Part shown: positions 46,360 to 59,350 of the stretch, one piece after another
Layout: every line of letters begins with the position of its first letter
How positions within the stretch are numbered: position 1 is the stretch's first letter
Assembly: GCA_030390025.1 (NCBI GenBank)
Contig: CM059432.1
Location: 107,572,001-107,636,000 of the forward strand
DNA length: 64,000 nt
Direction: 5' to 3'
Origin: Squalus acanthias
Taxonomy: Eukaryota
Position numbers and translations under genes: made by a program
Notes under the pieces: generated by a model
The model's database searches: none
Seen by the model: the letters and a program-made list of their open reading frames with translations, nothing else
Told to the model about the DNA's origin: nothing

Positions 46360-49300
46360 CGGCCCCAGCATCAACACTGCACACTGGAAACCGGCACAGA
46401 AACCAACCAGCTGACACCAAACCCAAGCTGCAAACACTAAGTACAGCTAGCACCAAAACTAACCAAAAACACACATACTAATTAACTAGCAACACTTTTT
46501 TTATTCATTCACAGGATGTGGGTGTCGCTGGCAAGGACAGCATTTATTGTCCATCCCTAATTGCCCTTGAGAAGGTGGTGGTGAGCTGCCTTCTTGAACC
46601 GCTGCAGTCCGTGTGGTGAAGGTACTCCCACAGTGCTGTTAGGGGGGAGTTCCAGGATTTTGACCCAGCGACGATGAAGGAACGGCGATATATTTCCACG
46701 TCATGATGATTTGTGACTTGGAGGGGAACTTGCAGGTGGTGGTGTTCCAATGCGCCTGCTGCCCTTGTCCTTCTAGGTGGTAGAGGTCACGGGTTTGGGA
46801 GGTGCTGCCAAGGAAGCCTTGGCGAGTTGCTGCAGTGCACCTTGTAGATGGTACACACTGCAGCCACGGTACGCCAGTGGTGGAGGGAGTGAATGTTTAA
46901 GGTGGTGGATGGGGTGCCAATCAAGCGGGCTGCTTTGTCCTGAATGATGTTGAGTTTCTTGAGTGTTGTTGGAGCTGCACTCATTCAGCCAAGTGGAGAG
47001 TATTCCATCACACTCCTGATTTGTGCCTTGTAGATGGTGGAAAGGCTTTGGGGAGTCAGGAGGTAAGTCACTCACCCACAGTATTTATGTGGCTGGTCCA
47101 GTTAAGTTTCTGGTCAATGGTAACCCCTAGAATATTGATGGTGGGGGATTCAACAATGGTAATGGGCATTAAAATTCAAGCGGAGGTGGTTAGACTCTCT
47201 CTTGTTGGAGAAGGTACCATTGCCTGGCACTTGTGTAGCACGAATGTTACTTGCCACTTATCAGCCCAAGCCTGGATATTGTCCAGGTCTTGTTGCATGC
47301 GGGCATGGACTGCTTCATTATCTGAGGAGTTGCGAATGGAACTGAACACTGTGCAATCATCAGCGAACATCCCCACTTCTGACCTTATGATGGAGGGAAG
47401 GTCATTGATGAAGCAGCTGAAGATGGTTGGGCCTAGGACACTGGCCTGAGGAACTCCTGCAGCAATTTTCTGGGGCTGAGATCATTAGCCTCCAACAACT
47501 TCCTTTGTGCTAGCTAGGACTCCTGCCAGTGAAGCATTTTCCCCCTGATTCCCATTGACTTTAATTTTACTAGGGCTCCTTAATGCCACACTCAGTCAAA
47601 TGCTGCCTTGATGTCAAGGGCAGCCACTCTGACCTCACCTCTGGAATTTAGCTGTTTTGTCCATGTTTGGACCAAGGCTGTAATGAGGTCTGGAGCCGAG
47701 TGGTCCTGGCGGAACCAAAACTGAGCATCGGTGAGCAGGTTATTGGTAAGTGTCGCTTGTTAGCACTGTCGACGAAAACTTCCATCACTTTGCTGATGAT
47801 TGAGAGTAGACTGATGGAGCGGTAATTGGTCGGATTGGATTTGTCCTGCTTTTTGTGGACAGGACATACCTGGGCAATTTTCCACTTTGTTGGGTAGATG
47901 CCAGTGTTGTAGCTGTACTGGAACAGCTTTGCTAGAGGCGCGGCTAGTTCTGGAGCACAAGTCTTCATTCAGCACTACGACCAGGATGCTGTTGGGGCCC
48001 ATAGCCTTTGCTGTGTCCAGTACGCTCAGCTGTTTCTTGATATCACGTGGAGTGAATTAAATTGGCTGAAGACCTCAGGAGGAGGCCAATTTGGATCATC
48101 CCTCAGCACTTCTGGCTGAAGCTGGTTGCAAATGCTTCAGCCTTGTCTTTTGCACTGACATGCTGGGCTCTGCCATCATTGAGGATGGGGATGTCCATGG
48201 AGCCTCCTCCTCCCCTTAGTTGTTTAATTGTCTATCACCATTCACGACTGAATGTGGCAGGACTGCAGAGCTTTGACCTGATCCGGTGGTTATGGGATCG
48301 CTTAGCTCTGTCTATAGCATGATGCTTCTGCTGTTTAGCATGCACATAGTCCTGTGTTGTAGCTTCACCAGATTGGCACCTCATTTTTAGGTACGCCTGG
48401 TGCTGCTCCTGTTTTGCTCCTCTACACTCCTCATTGAACCAGGGTTGGTCCCTTGTCTTGATGGTAATGGTAGAGTGAGGGAAATGCCAGGCCATGAGGT
48501 TACAGATTGTGGTGGAATACAATTTTCTTGCTGCTGATGGCCCACAGTGCCTCATGGATGCCCAGTTTTGAGCTGACCTGAATCTATTCCATTTAGCACG
48601 GTGGTAGTGCCACACAACACGATGGAGGGTGTCCTCAGTGTTGGTTCTCTCACCACCTGCCGCAGGCCCATGGCAACTATGTCCTTCAGGACTTGGCCAG
48701 CTCAGTCAGTAGTGGTGCTACCGAGCCATTAAGTCCCCCATCCAGAGTACATTCTGTGCCCTTGCTACTCTCAGTGCTTCTTCCAAGTGGTGTACAACAT
48801 GGAGGAGTACTGATTCATCAGCTGAGGGAGGACGGTAGGCAGTAATCATCAGAAGGTTTCCTTGCCCATGTTTAACCTGATGCCATGAGACTTCATGGGG
48901 TCCGGAGTCAATGTTGAGGACTCCCAGGACCACTCCCTCCCGACTGTATACCACTGTGCCACCACCTCTGGTGGGTCTGTCCTGCTGGTGGGACAGGACA
49001 GGACATACCCAGGGATGGTGATGGAGGAGTTTGGGACATTGGCTGAAAGGTATGATTCTGTGAGTATGACTATGTCAGGCTGCTGCTTGACTAGTCTGTG
49101 GGGCAGCTCTCCCAATTTTGGCACAAGTGCCAGATGTTAGTGAGGAGGACTTTGCAAGGTCAACTGGACTTTGTCATGTCCGAATTCAGTGTCTAGGTCG
49201 ATGTCGGGTGGTCTGTCTGGTTTTATTCTCATTATAGTTTTTCGTAGCGGTTTGATATAACTGAGTGGTTTGCTTGGCCATTTCAGAGGGCAGTTAAGAG

Positions 49301-49862
49301 TGAACCACATTGCTGTGGGTCTGGACTCACATATAGGCCAGACCGGGTAAGGACAGCAGACATAGTGAGCCAGATGGGTTTTTATGACAATCTGGTAGTT
49401 TCATGGTCACAATTATGGGTACTAGCTTTTTATTTCAGATTTATTTAATTAATTGAATTTAAATTCCCCAGCTACAGCGGTGGGATGGGAACTTATGTCT
49501 CTAGATAATTAGTCCAGGCTTCTGGATTACTAGTCCAGTAACATAACCGCTCTGTACCGGCATCAAAACTAACCAGTTGACCCCAAAACCAAGCAGTAGA
49601 CACTATACACAGCTAGCACCAAAACAAGCATACACATTGAGACAGACACTCACACTAAATAACTAGCAACCAGCACCAAAACTAACTAACAGAACACAAA
49701 GCTTGCAACAAAACAACTGAAAACACACATATACTAAATAACTAGCAACCACCGCCAACTAATCAGCTAACACCAAAACTAACCTGCAAACACTATTCAC
49801 AACTAGCACCAAACAATCAAACACAGACACACTAAATAACCTGCAGCCAGCACCAAAACTAA
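46360..49862. repeat. Degenerate A/C-rich tandem repeat (aactagcaaccagcaccaaaactaac), split by the LINE at 46496-49558
   Basis: Copies at 46360-46494 and 49558-49862. Confidence 0.7.
46496..49558 (-). mobile_element. Family-B LINE, near full length and degenerate: tRNA/SINE-like 5' end, APE, RT, tail
   Basis: KVLLTNI..LVPKLGEL...PDIVILTESYL, AYRPPS, WKIAQVCPVHKK..NYRSISLL, VPQASVLGP and MFADD. The 5' ~310 bp (49245-49558) match SINE B. Confidence 0.88.
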
Positions 49863-50384
49863 ACCTGTATGGATAAAAAAGAACGAAAAATGTCAGAAAT
49901 CTGAAATTAAACAGAAAATGCTGAGAATACACAGCGGGGAGTGCCCAGCTTCTGTAAAAACAACAAAGGTTAATGTTTTGAGTGTGTACCCTTGCTCAGA
50001 GCCCCAGTAAGTACCATGCACCAAAAGAATAGCAACCAGTCCATGTTTATTTATGGCCACTAGATGAGCAAATTGGAGGCCTTCCTTGTGGGCCTGGGCT
50101 TTTCTAACTCAGCCATTTACAAGGCTGGGATGCGTAAGAGCACTGGGCAGGGCACCTCCAATTGCTTGCCCAATGCTTAGAACTTTGGTACACACTTGGA
50201 TGACAAAGGAATAGGACCACTTGGTATCCACTAGCTCACTAGAAAGTGTCTGCAATTGGTGGCGAGCACATGACCCTGACTGCCTTATTAATTCAGATTT
50301 TAGGAGTACCGTTTGGATCACTTGCTTCTGGTTTTGGTGTCTCATTTTTTACAGTGTTTTTTTTCTTGCTGTCTTTGAGATGAG

Positions 50385-50592
50385 TAAGGGGAGTTCTGCT
50401 GGTTTCCTGGCCAACATCCATCCCCTGGCCAACACCGCCATATTAACTGGTTAGTCATCTCATTGCTGTTTGTGGGGCCTTGCCGTGTGCACATTCCCTG
50501 CTGTGTTTTCCCTGCATAACAAAAGTGACTGCACTTCAAAAGTACTTCATTGGCTGTGAAGTGGTTTGTGACGCCCTGAGAATGTGAAAGAC
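50385..50592 (+). mobile_element. DeuSINE 3' half
   Basis: Deu domain and tail. Confidence 0.7.
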
Positions 50593-50754
50593 GGAATATG
50601 GAGAATGATTCTTAATCAGGCATGTTAAAGTGTACCTGACCTACTGCCTAGTGGTAGCCTTTATTGGGGTCATCCTTTAAAGAGGGTGCTTATAGATACT
50701 TTGGTCTTTTCCCAATCCTGCCTACCACAAAACAGTAGAAATAAAACTGGAACC

Positions 50755-51772
50755 AAAACTGGAGTCATACCTGGCACAAGAAAAGATGGTTGTGATTGTT
50801 GGAGGCCAATCATCTCAGCCCCAGGATATCTCTGCAGAAGTCCATCAGGCCCAACCATCTTCAGCTGTTTTATCAATGAGCTTCCCTTCGTCATAAGGCT
50901 AGAAGTAGGGCTGCTTGCTGATGATTGTTTAGTGGTCAGCTCCATTTGCAATTCCACAGATAACAAAGCAGTCCATGCCCACATGCAGCAAGAGCTGGAG
51001 AACATCCAGGCTTGGGCTGGTAAGTGGCAAGCAACATTTGCATCACACAATTGCCAGGCAATGACCATCTCCAACAAGATCTCCCCTTGAGGTTCAATGG
51101 CATTACCATTGCTCACTCCCCCACCATCAACATTCTGGGGGTCATCATTGACCAGAAACTTAACTAGACAAGCCATATAAATGCCGTGGCTACTAGAGCA
51201 GGTCAGAGGCTGGGTATTCTGTGGTGAGTGTCTCACCTCCTGACTCCCCAAAGTCCGTCCACCACCTACCAAGTCAGGAGTGTGATGGAATACTCTCCAC
51301 TTGCCTGGATGAGTGCAGCTGCAACAACACTCAAGCTCAACACCATCCAGGACAAAGCAGCCCGCTTGATCAGCACCCCATCCATTAGCTTAAACATTCA
51401 CTCCCTCCACCACCAGCATAACATAGCTCCAGTCTGTACTGTCTACAAGATACACTGCAGCAGCTTACCAAGGCTGCTTCAGCAGGACCTCCCAAACCCG
51501 CGATCTGCATCACCTAGAAGAACAAGGACTGCAGGTGCATGGGAACACCATCACATCCAAGTCACACACCATTCCGACTTGGAAATATTTCGCTGTTACT
51601 TCATTGTCGTGGAGTCAAAATCCTGGAACTCCCTACCTAACAGCATTGTGGAAGCACCATCACCACATAGACTACAGCGGTGCAAGAAGAAGGCCCATCA
51701 TCATCTTCTCAAGGGCAACTAGGGGTGAGCAACAAATACCGGCCTTGCCAGTGACTCCTACATTCTGAAGAA
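50755..51772 (+). mobile_element. Family-B LINE 3' kilobase
   Basis: GPTIFSCFINELP...LLADDC, RSVMEYSPLAW and SWNSLP...HHHLLKGN*. Confidence 0.88.
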
Positions 51773-52004
51773 TAATTTTTTTTAAAACAGCCAGCAACGA
51801 GAGCAAAGCAGCTAGTAACAGGGAGCAGCAAAACCATCAGCACCAAGCACTAGGCAGGAGTCAATGCCAAAATAATCAGCTGAGCTCTTAAGAGATCAGG
51901 CAGCGGTTTCATCAGACTTCCAAAAACTCTGGAAGCTGTAAAGGATGTAGTTAACAGAACATTAACTTTAATGTAAAGAAGTGGAAATAACCATCGTGAT
52001 ATGT

Positions 52005-52350
52005 CAAATGTACTGAGGGAGTGTCACACCGTCTGAAGTGCCGTCTTTTGGATAAACCAAGGCTGCCCTCTCAGGTGGACGTGAAGGATCCCATGGCACT
52101 ATTCCAAGAATGCAATGGAAAGCCTCCCGGTGTCCTGGCGAATATTTATCCCTCAAAGAACATCATTAAAACAGATTATATGGCCATGATCACATTGCTG
52201 TTTGTAGCACCTTGCTGTGCGCAAATTGGCTCCCGTGTTTCCTACGGTTACAAGAGTGACTACACTTCAAAATTACTTAATTGGCTGTAAAGTGCTTTGG
52301 GACATCCTGTGGTTTTGAAAGGCGCTATATAAATGCAGGTCTTTCTTTCT
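52005..52350 (+). mobile_element. DeuSINE, 5'-truncated
   Basis: Body and tail match 17100-17487. Confidence 0.82.
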
Positions 52351-52787
52351 AAAGGAAACTGGTACTGTAAGAGTCAGTAGGTCCGAATCTGTGATCGGGC
52401 AGGCCGAGTGAGGGCCCATGCTTGTAGAGGGCGCAGGTCCTTAATTTAAGGACAGAAGATTATGGACCAACCTTCACTCCCTGCTGGTGCCTGTTTTTCA
52501 CTGGGATCGCCCAATCATGGAATTAGCCCCAGTACTCTGTCATTACCTGTTACTTCAATGAGAACTCATTAGGTTTGAATTAAACGATTGATGCCAATTT
52601 TCCGACACACAAGTTTGGAGCACAGTTTGGAGAATTAGGTGTGGGGGCAGCACTCCCGACTGTACAAACTGGCTCCGCCCCTCTGATTCTCCCATCTACG
52701 TGCCCTCTACCCAGTTACACAACAAGGCAGTTATGTAAATAATGAAAGGCAGAACTTGTATTTATATAGCGTCAGTCTCAACCTCAG

Positions 52788-53160
52788 GTCATAAAATTCT
52801 CATCCATGTGTTCAAATCCCTCCATGACATCGCCCCACCCTATCTCTGTAACCTCCTTCAGCCCTACACCCTCCGAGATCTCTGTGCTCCTCCAACTCTG
52901 GCCTCTTGTCCATCCAGCACTTCCTTTTCCCCAACATTGGTGGCCGCGCCTTTAGCTGACTAGGCCCTCAATGCTGGAATTCCCTCCCTAAACCTCTCCG
53001 CCTCTCTCTCCTCCTTTAGGACCCTCCTTAAAATGTACCATTTTGACCGAGCTTTTACTTCTTTGGCTGGGTGTCAATTTTTTGTCTGATTACGCTCCTG
53101 GAAGTGCCTGGGGCGTTATATTACATTAAAGGTGTTATATAAATGCAAGTTGTTGTTGTT
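52788..53160 (+). mobile_element. L2 3' end inserted within a minus-strand SINE tail
   Basis: KILIHVFKSLH..APPYL and WNSLP, with tail aaatgcaagttgttgttgtt. Confidence 0.75.
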
Positions 53161-55600
53161 CTAAAGCGCTTCACAGCCAATAAAGTACTTTTGAAGTGTA
53201 ACCACTGTTGTAATGTCGGCAAATAGGAACAGGTCAGATTTACCAAGAACCTTTTTAAATCAGCTATTTAATACTTGAATTAAACAGTCACATTTAGAGT
53301 TGCTTCCATTCATCCAATGTACTTTTAAGTTTAACTTAATGTCACTTGCTGGGCAAAAGTCTAAACCAATCAAAACGAGGTCAGTAAGTTTACTTGAACA
53401 AATTCCACTGTTTGCCTTTGTTTACTGGCACTTCAGTTACTGCTTATAAATAAACACAGCAAATTGAATTCCTGTGTAAATGGAGGAGACCTGAGGAACA
53501 CACTGGTATGGCAGTTTTATAAATTGTATATGGTGAATGTGATTATAAGGAATTGTACTGGTTAAAATTGTAACTGAAATGGAGAAAAACAACTTTTTTT
53601 AAACAACTTAACATTTTTAGGTGGCCAGTTAACCTTTCCCATTTTGTTTCTGTGTGTGCCACAAAGGGGTGATTTTTCGATAAAAAGCTCCCGGTGTGGA
53701 GCCTCGCTCATTGTGAGACCAAATTGGAGAATCAGGGGTGGAGGTGCGCGTATCCATTTCTTGGAGGAGGGGGAAGCAGGGTCTAGGGACAAATTGTGGA
53801 TCAAATATATAGCTTGAGTATATGAGAAGATCCACAGAGTAAAAGTCCAAGGAAACACTCAATGGAAACACAGCATGCATGTGCTGTGCATTGAATCATA
53901 AGAACATAAGAAATAGGAGCAGGAGTAGGCCATTCGGCCCCTCGAGCCTGCTCCGCCATGCAATAAGATCATGGCTGATCTTCTACCTCAACTCCACCTT
54001 CCTGCACTATCCCCAATCCCTTGATTCCCTTAACATCCAAAAATCTATCGATCTCTGTCTTGAATATACTCAACGACTGAGCCTCCTGGGGTAGAGAATT
54101 CCAAAGATTCACCACCCTCTGAGTGAAGAAATTTCTCCTCATCTCTGTCCTAAATGGTCGACCCCTTATTCTGAGACCGTGATCCCCTGGTTCTAGATTC
54201 CCCAGCCAGGGGAAACATCCTCCCTGCATCTACCCTGTCAAGCCCTGTAAGAATTTTGTATGTTTCAATGAGATCACCTCCCATTCTTCTAAACTCTAGA
54301 GAATATAGGCCTAGTCTACTCAATCTCTCCTCATAGGACAATCCCCCCATCCCAGGAATCAGTCTGGTGAACTATCGTTGCACTTCCTCTATGGCAAGTA
54401 TATCCTTCCTTAGGTAAGGAGACCAAAACTGTACACAATACTCCAAGTGTGGTCTCACCAGGGCCCTATATAATTGCAGTAAGGCGTCTTTACTCCTATA
54501 CTCAAATTCTCTTGTAATAAAGGCCAATATACCATTTGCTTTCCTAATTGCTTGCTGTACCTGCATGTTAACTTTCAATGATTCGTGTACAAGGACACCC
54601 AGGTCCCTCTGAACACCAACATTTCCCAATCTCTCACCATTTAAAAAATACTCTGCTTTTCTATTTTTCCTACCAAAGTGGATAACTTCACATTTCTCCA
54701 CATTATATTCCATTTGCCATGTTCTTGCCCACTCACTTAGCCTGTCTATATCTCCTTAAAGCTGCTTTGCATCCTCCTCACAACTTACCCAACTAGCTGT
54801 GTATCATCAGCAAACTTCGATATATTACATTTGGTTCCATCATCCAAATCATTGATATAGATTGTGAATAGCTGAGGCCCAAGCACTGATCCTTGCTAGT
54901 TACAGCCTACCAACCCGAAAATGACCCGTTTATTCCTACTCTCTGTTTTCTGTCCGTTAACCAATCCTCAATCCATGCTAGTATATTACCCCCAATCTCA
55001 TGATCCCTAATTTTGTTTAATAACCTCTTGTGTAGCACCTTATCGAATGCCTTCTGAAAATCCAAATACACCACATCCACTGGTTCCCCCTTACCCATTC
55101 TGCTAGTTACAACCTCAAAAAACTCTAACAGATTTGTCAAACATCATTTCCCTTTCATAAATCCGTATTAACTCTGCCCAATTCCTATTATTATTTTCTA
55201 AGTGCCCTGTTACCACGTCCTTAATAATAGATTCTAGCATTTTCCCAACTACTGATGTCAGGCTAACTGGTCTGTAGTTCCCCGTTTTCTCTCTTCCTCC
55301 TTTCTTAAATAGTGGGGTTACATTTGCTACCTTCCAATCAGCGGGAACCATTCTAGAATCAATGGAACTTTGGAAGATGACAAACAATGCATCCACTGTC
55401 TCTATAGCCACCTCTTTTAAAACCCTAGGATGCAGGCCATCAAGTTCAGGGGATTTATTGGCTTTCAGTCCCATTAATTTCTCCAGTACTATTTTTTTAT
55501 TAATACTAATTTCTTTCAGTTCCTCATTATCACTAGATCCTTGGTTCTCCATTATTTCTGGGAGGTTTTTTGCATCTTCTTCTGTGAAGACAGACACAAA

Positions 55601-58070
55601 GGCTGTGATTTTGCCAGCGGAGGTGGGATCATGGCGGGAGAGGTAGTTGGCGGGTTCTGTTCCTGTTCCCGGCTGCAGCCGCTCTGCAAAAAGGATTTTC
55701 CGTTAATAGGGCTTGTTAAGTCCGCCCTGCGGGGTTGTAGGCCAATTAAAAGGAAGCAGGTCTGATGACATAATTTGATGACGTGTCAGCAGCCGGTTTC
55801 CTTAAAGGGGCCATGTCCACATTGATTTTGACAGTTGTGCTGTCAGTGTTCTGCAGCATTGAGGTGCTGCAAACACTGACAAGCACTGCACAAAGGTACA
55901 CGGCTGCACCCAGGCTCTCGCATGACTCCCTCCATGTGCTTATGCGCCAACGCAGCCTGGTTGCACATTGCACAGGAGGGCACAAGCAGGGATGTTGTCA
56001 GGAGGACCAGGCTGCAGTGGCGCAAACCTTTCAATGATCTCAGTAGATCATGAAATGTTACTGCAAAGCCACACTCAACCTCATCCTGCTGTGCCACTCA
56101 TCACATCCCTATCACAGAATAGAATCATAGAAAGTTACAGCACGGAAAGAGGCCATTTCGGCCCATCGTGTCCGTGCCGGCCAACAAAGCTATCCAGCCT
56201 AATCCCACTTCCCAGCTCTTGGTCCGTAGCCCTGCAGGTTAGAGCATCCCAAGTACTTTTTAAATGTGGTTAGGGTTCCTGCCTCTACAACCCTTTCAGG
56301 CAGTGAGTTCCAGACCCCCACAACCCTCTGGGTGAAGAAATTTCTCCTCAAATCCCCTGTAAACCTTCCACCAATTACTTTAAACCTGTGCCCCCTGGTT
56401 TTTGACCCCTCTGCTAAGGGAAATAGGTCCTTTCTATCCACTTTATTTATGCCCCTCATAATTTTATACACCTCAATAAGGTCTCCCCTCAGCCTCCTCT
56501 GTTCCAAGGAAAACAGACCCAGCCTATCCAGTCTTTCCTCATAGCTAAATCTCCTCTGTACCCTCTCTAGTGCAATCACATCTTTCCTGTAATGTGGTGA
56601 CCAGAACTGCACGCAGTACTCTAGCTGAGGCCTAACTAGTGTTTTATACAGTTGAAGCATAACCCCCCTGCTCTTGTATTCTATGCCACGGATAATAAAG
56701 GCAAGCATTCCGTATGCCTTCTTAACCACCTTATCTACTTGGCCTGCTACCTTCAGGGATCTGTGGACATGCACTCCAAGGTCCCTTTGTTCCTCTACAC
56801 TACCCAGTGTCCTACCATTTAATGTGTATTCCCTTTCCTTGTTAGCTCTCCCCAAATGCATTACCTGCACATGTGCTCTCGAACATACTCCTGCACATCT
56901 TTACTCACACCAACTTACCTTGCACCTCCACCCATCCCTCTCTATCTACATTATCACTTCCCCATCTCACTAGCCACCCCTCACACTCACACTCATCCTA
57001 CTGCAAGCAACTAAGAACACACAAGGGTAGACACTTGGGTGATTTATCTAATGGTCATGTGAAGTTTCTAGTAATGTGCTCTCAAACATTGAAATCTTTA
57101 TTTTGAACACTTTGCATTCTTGGACAGATTTGTGTGCACCTTTGGAAGTGGCTTAGTAAGTTACAGTGAATGGTGAGACATAACGTCTCCCCTCCCACCC
57201 CGCTCAATGGTGATGAGTGTGAAAGGAATGGCTTGGACATTGCAGGGATGCTTTATGGTGCTGGTGTGGGGTGGTGCCAACCTAGTGCATCATGTGGCAG
57301 CCAGGGTGTACAGTGTTAAGTGAAGCAAATCTGGACATGGTGAGGCCATCGCTGGCATCCCGGGCAGCAATGTACATGGGAGATGATGCCCTGTGTCCAG
57401 TGCAGCATCAGTTGATTGCAGAGAAGGTTGGTGTGGATGTTGGTGCTGTTGGTGTGCCCGGTGATGTTGGTGTTGGGGCTGATTGTGTTGGGATTCTGAG
57501 GACCAAGGTAAGATTTTATCAAGTGCACCGATGTTGCTGCAATAGATGGCAGCTGAAGTTGAGATGACAGAAGCGATCTGTCAATGGTGAGAGAGCTTGC
57601 TTCAAGGAGGTGACAGTGGATAGAGAATTTACTCCAAACACTTCCAAACTGCATACAGCTCAAAAGTTTCTTCCAAGTCCTGAAGGCTCAAGCTTCTGAC
57701 ATTGGAAAGTGACCAGCTGTGAAATGGAAGCTTTCATACCACTTTTGCAGCTGTCACCTATTCACAGCAATGGGGAGACATAGAGAATCCGACCTACTTA
57801 CCTGACGTGATCTCCAAATGACGTGAACACCGTTACAAATGTGTTAAAATAGAAAAAGGCTGCAAAATAGTAATAAACAAGCAGTTAAGTGTCTTAAATG
57901 CCTCCCCCGTCGCTTGGTGTCGGGTCTGTTCTGAAATAGCAGACCTGACACTCTGGAAACTTACATGGAGACGGGTTCACAGCGGGTTCCCAACCTGCTG
58001 TCAATCATTTTGATTTTGACAGCGGACCCGCCTCCAAACCCGTACTCTGAGCGCCGGCAAAATTCTGCCC
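55601..58070 (+). mobile_element. Decayed non-autonomous Harbinger element with a nested CR1 fragment
   Basis: TIRs ggctgtgattttgcc and ggcaaaattctgccc. TSD AAA at 55598-55600 and 58071-58073. The CR1 frame KLNKYFVSVFTEED rejoins. Myb remnant (AAPRLSHDSL...AWLHIAQE...LQWRKPFNDL) at ~55895-56055; transposase N+C remnant at ~57315-57535 (-). Confidence 0.9.
56118..56868 (-). mobile_element. CR1 3' fragment nested in the Harbinger element
   Basis: ORF 56199..56870 (RDLGVHV...LVRPQLEYCVQFWSP...RVVGVWNSLP) and tail ctatgattctatt. Confidence 0.93.
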
Positions 58071-59099
58071 AAAGTATTTGTTTAATTTCTCTGCCATTTC
58101 CTTATTCCCTGTTATAATTTCTCCTGTCTCAGCCTGCAAGGGACCATGTTTACTTTCGCTAATCTTTTCCATTTTATGTGCCGATAGAAGTTTTTACAGT
58201 CTGTTTTTATGTCTCTTGCTAGTTTACTCTCATATTCTATTTTCCCTTTCTTTATCAATTTCTTGGTCCTCCTTTGCTGAATTCTAAAATCCTCCCAATC
58301 CTCACTCAGGCTTACTATTCTTTTTGGCAACATTAAAAGCCTCTTCCTTTAATCTAATACTAGCTTTAATTTCTCTTGTTAGCCATGCTTGGACCATTTT
58401 TCCTGTGGTGTTTTTATTCCTTAAGGGAATGTATATTCATTGCGAATTATGAATTATTTCTTTAAATGTTTGCCATTGCTTTTCTACTGTCATATCTTTT
58501 AATCTAGCTTCCCAACCTACCTTAGCCAACTTGCCTTTCCTACCTACGTAGTTTGCTTTGTTCATGTTTAGGACCCGAGTTTCGTACTTAACTAAATCAC
58601 TCTCAAACTCAACGTAAAATTCTATCATATTATGATCACTGCTCCCCAGAGGCTCCTTTACTACAAGGCTATTAATTAACCCTGTCTCATTGCACAGTAC
58701 TAGATCTAAAATAGCTAATTCCCTCGTAGGTTCCTTGACATACTGTTCTAGAAAACTATCTTGAATGCATTCCATGAACTCTTCCTCTGCACTATTTCTG
58801 CAAATTTGGTTTGCCCAGTCTATATGAAAGTTAAAGTCCCCCATGATTACCGTATTACCCTTGTTACATGCATCTCTAATTTCCTGATTTATACTCTGCC
58901 CGACACTACAACCACTGTTAGGGGGCCTATAGACTACTCCCACTAGTGTTTTCTGCCCCTTGTTGTTTCTTAGCTCCACCCAAACTGATTCTACATTTTG
59001 CATTTCTGAGCCAAGATTCTTTCTCTCTACTGTCTTCATTTCCTCCTTTATTATCAGGGCTACCCCTCCTCCTTTTCCATTCTGCCTATCTCTTCTAAA

Positions 59100-59350
59100 A
59101 ATCATCGAATCATACAGCACAGAAGGAGGCCATTCAGCCCATTGTGCCTGTACCGGCTTTGAAAGAGCTCTCCAATTAGTCCCACTCCCCTGCTCTTTCC
59201 CCATTAGCCCAGCAAATATTTCCTTTTCAAATATATATACAATTTCCTTTTGAAAGTTACGATTGAATCTGCTTCCAGCTTACTTTCAGACAGTACATTC
59301 CAGATCATAATAATTCGCTGCATAAAAAAATTCTCCTCAACTCCCCTCTA
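59100..59350 (-). mobile_element. Short CR1 3' end
   Basis: atcatcgaatcatacagcacagaaggaggccattcagccc tail. Confidence 0.75.

Larger units (their letters stand above)
53895..59100 (-). mobile_element. CR1 LINE ORF2 (APE and RT), degenerate, split by the Harbinger element at 55601-58070
   Basis: GKGGGVAL, VYRPPNS, MGDFNF, SDHNMI, WKVANVTPLFKKG, LDFQKAFDKV and LVRPHLEYCVQFWSP. Tail (ttcttatg)n at ~53900. Confidence 0.95.

Noticed and set aside
49885..50002. Fifth hammerhead copy
   Set aside because: It is a degenerate Penelope terminus with a mutated core (CTGAGCA...CAAAA).
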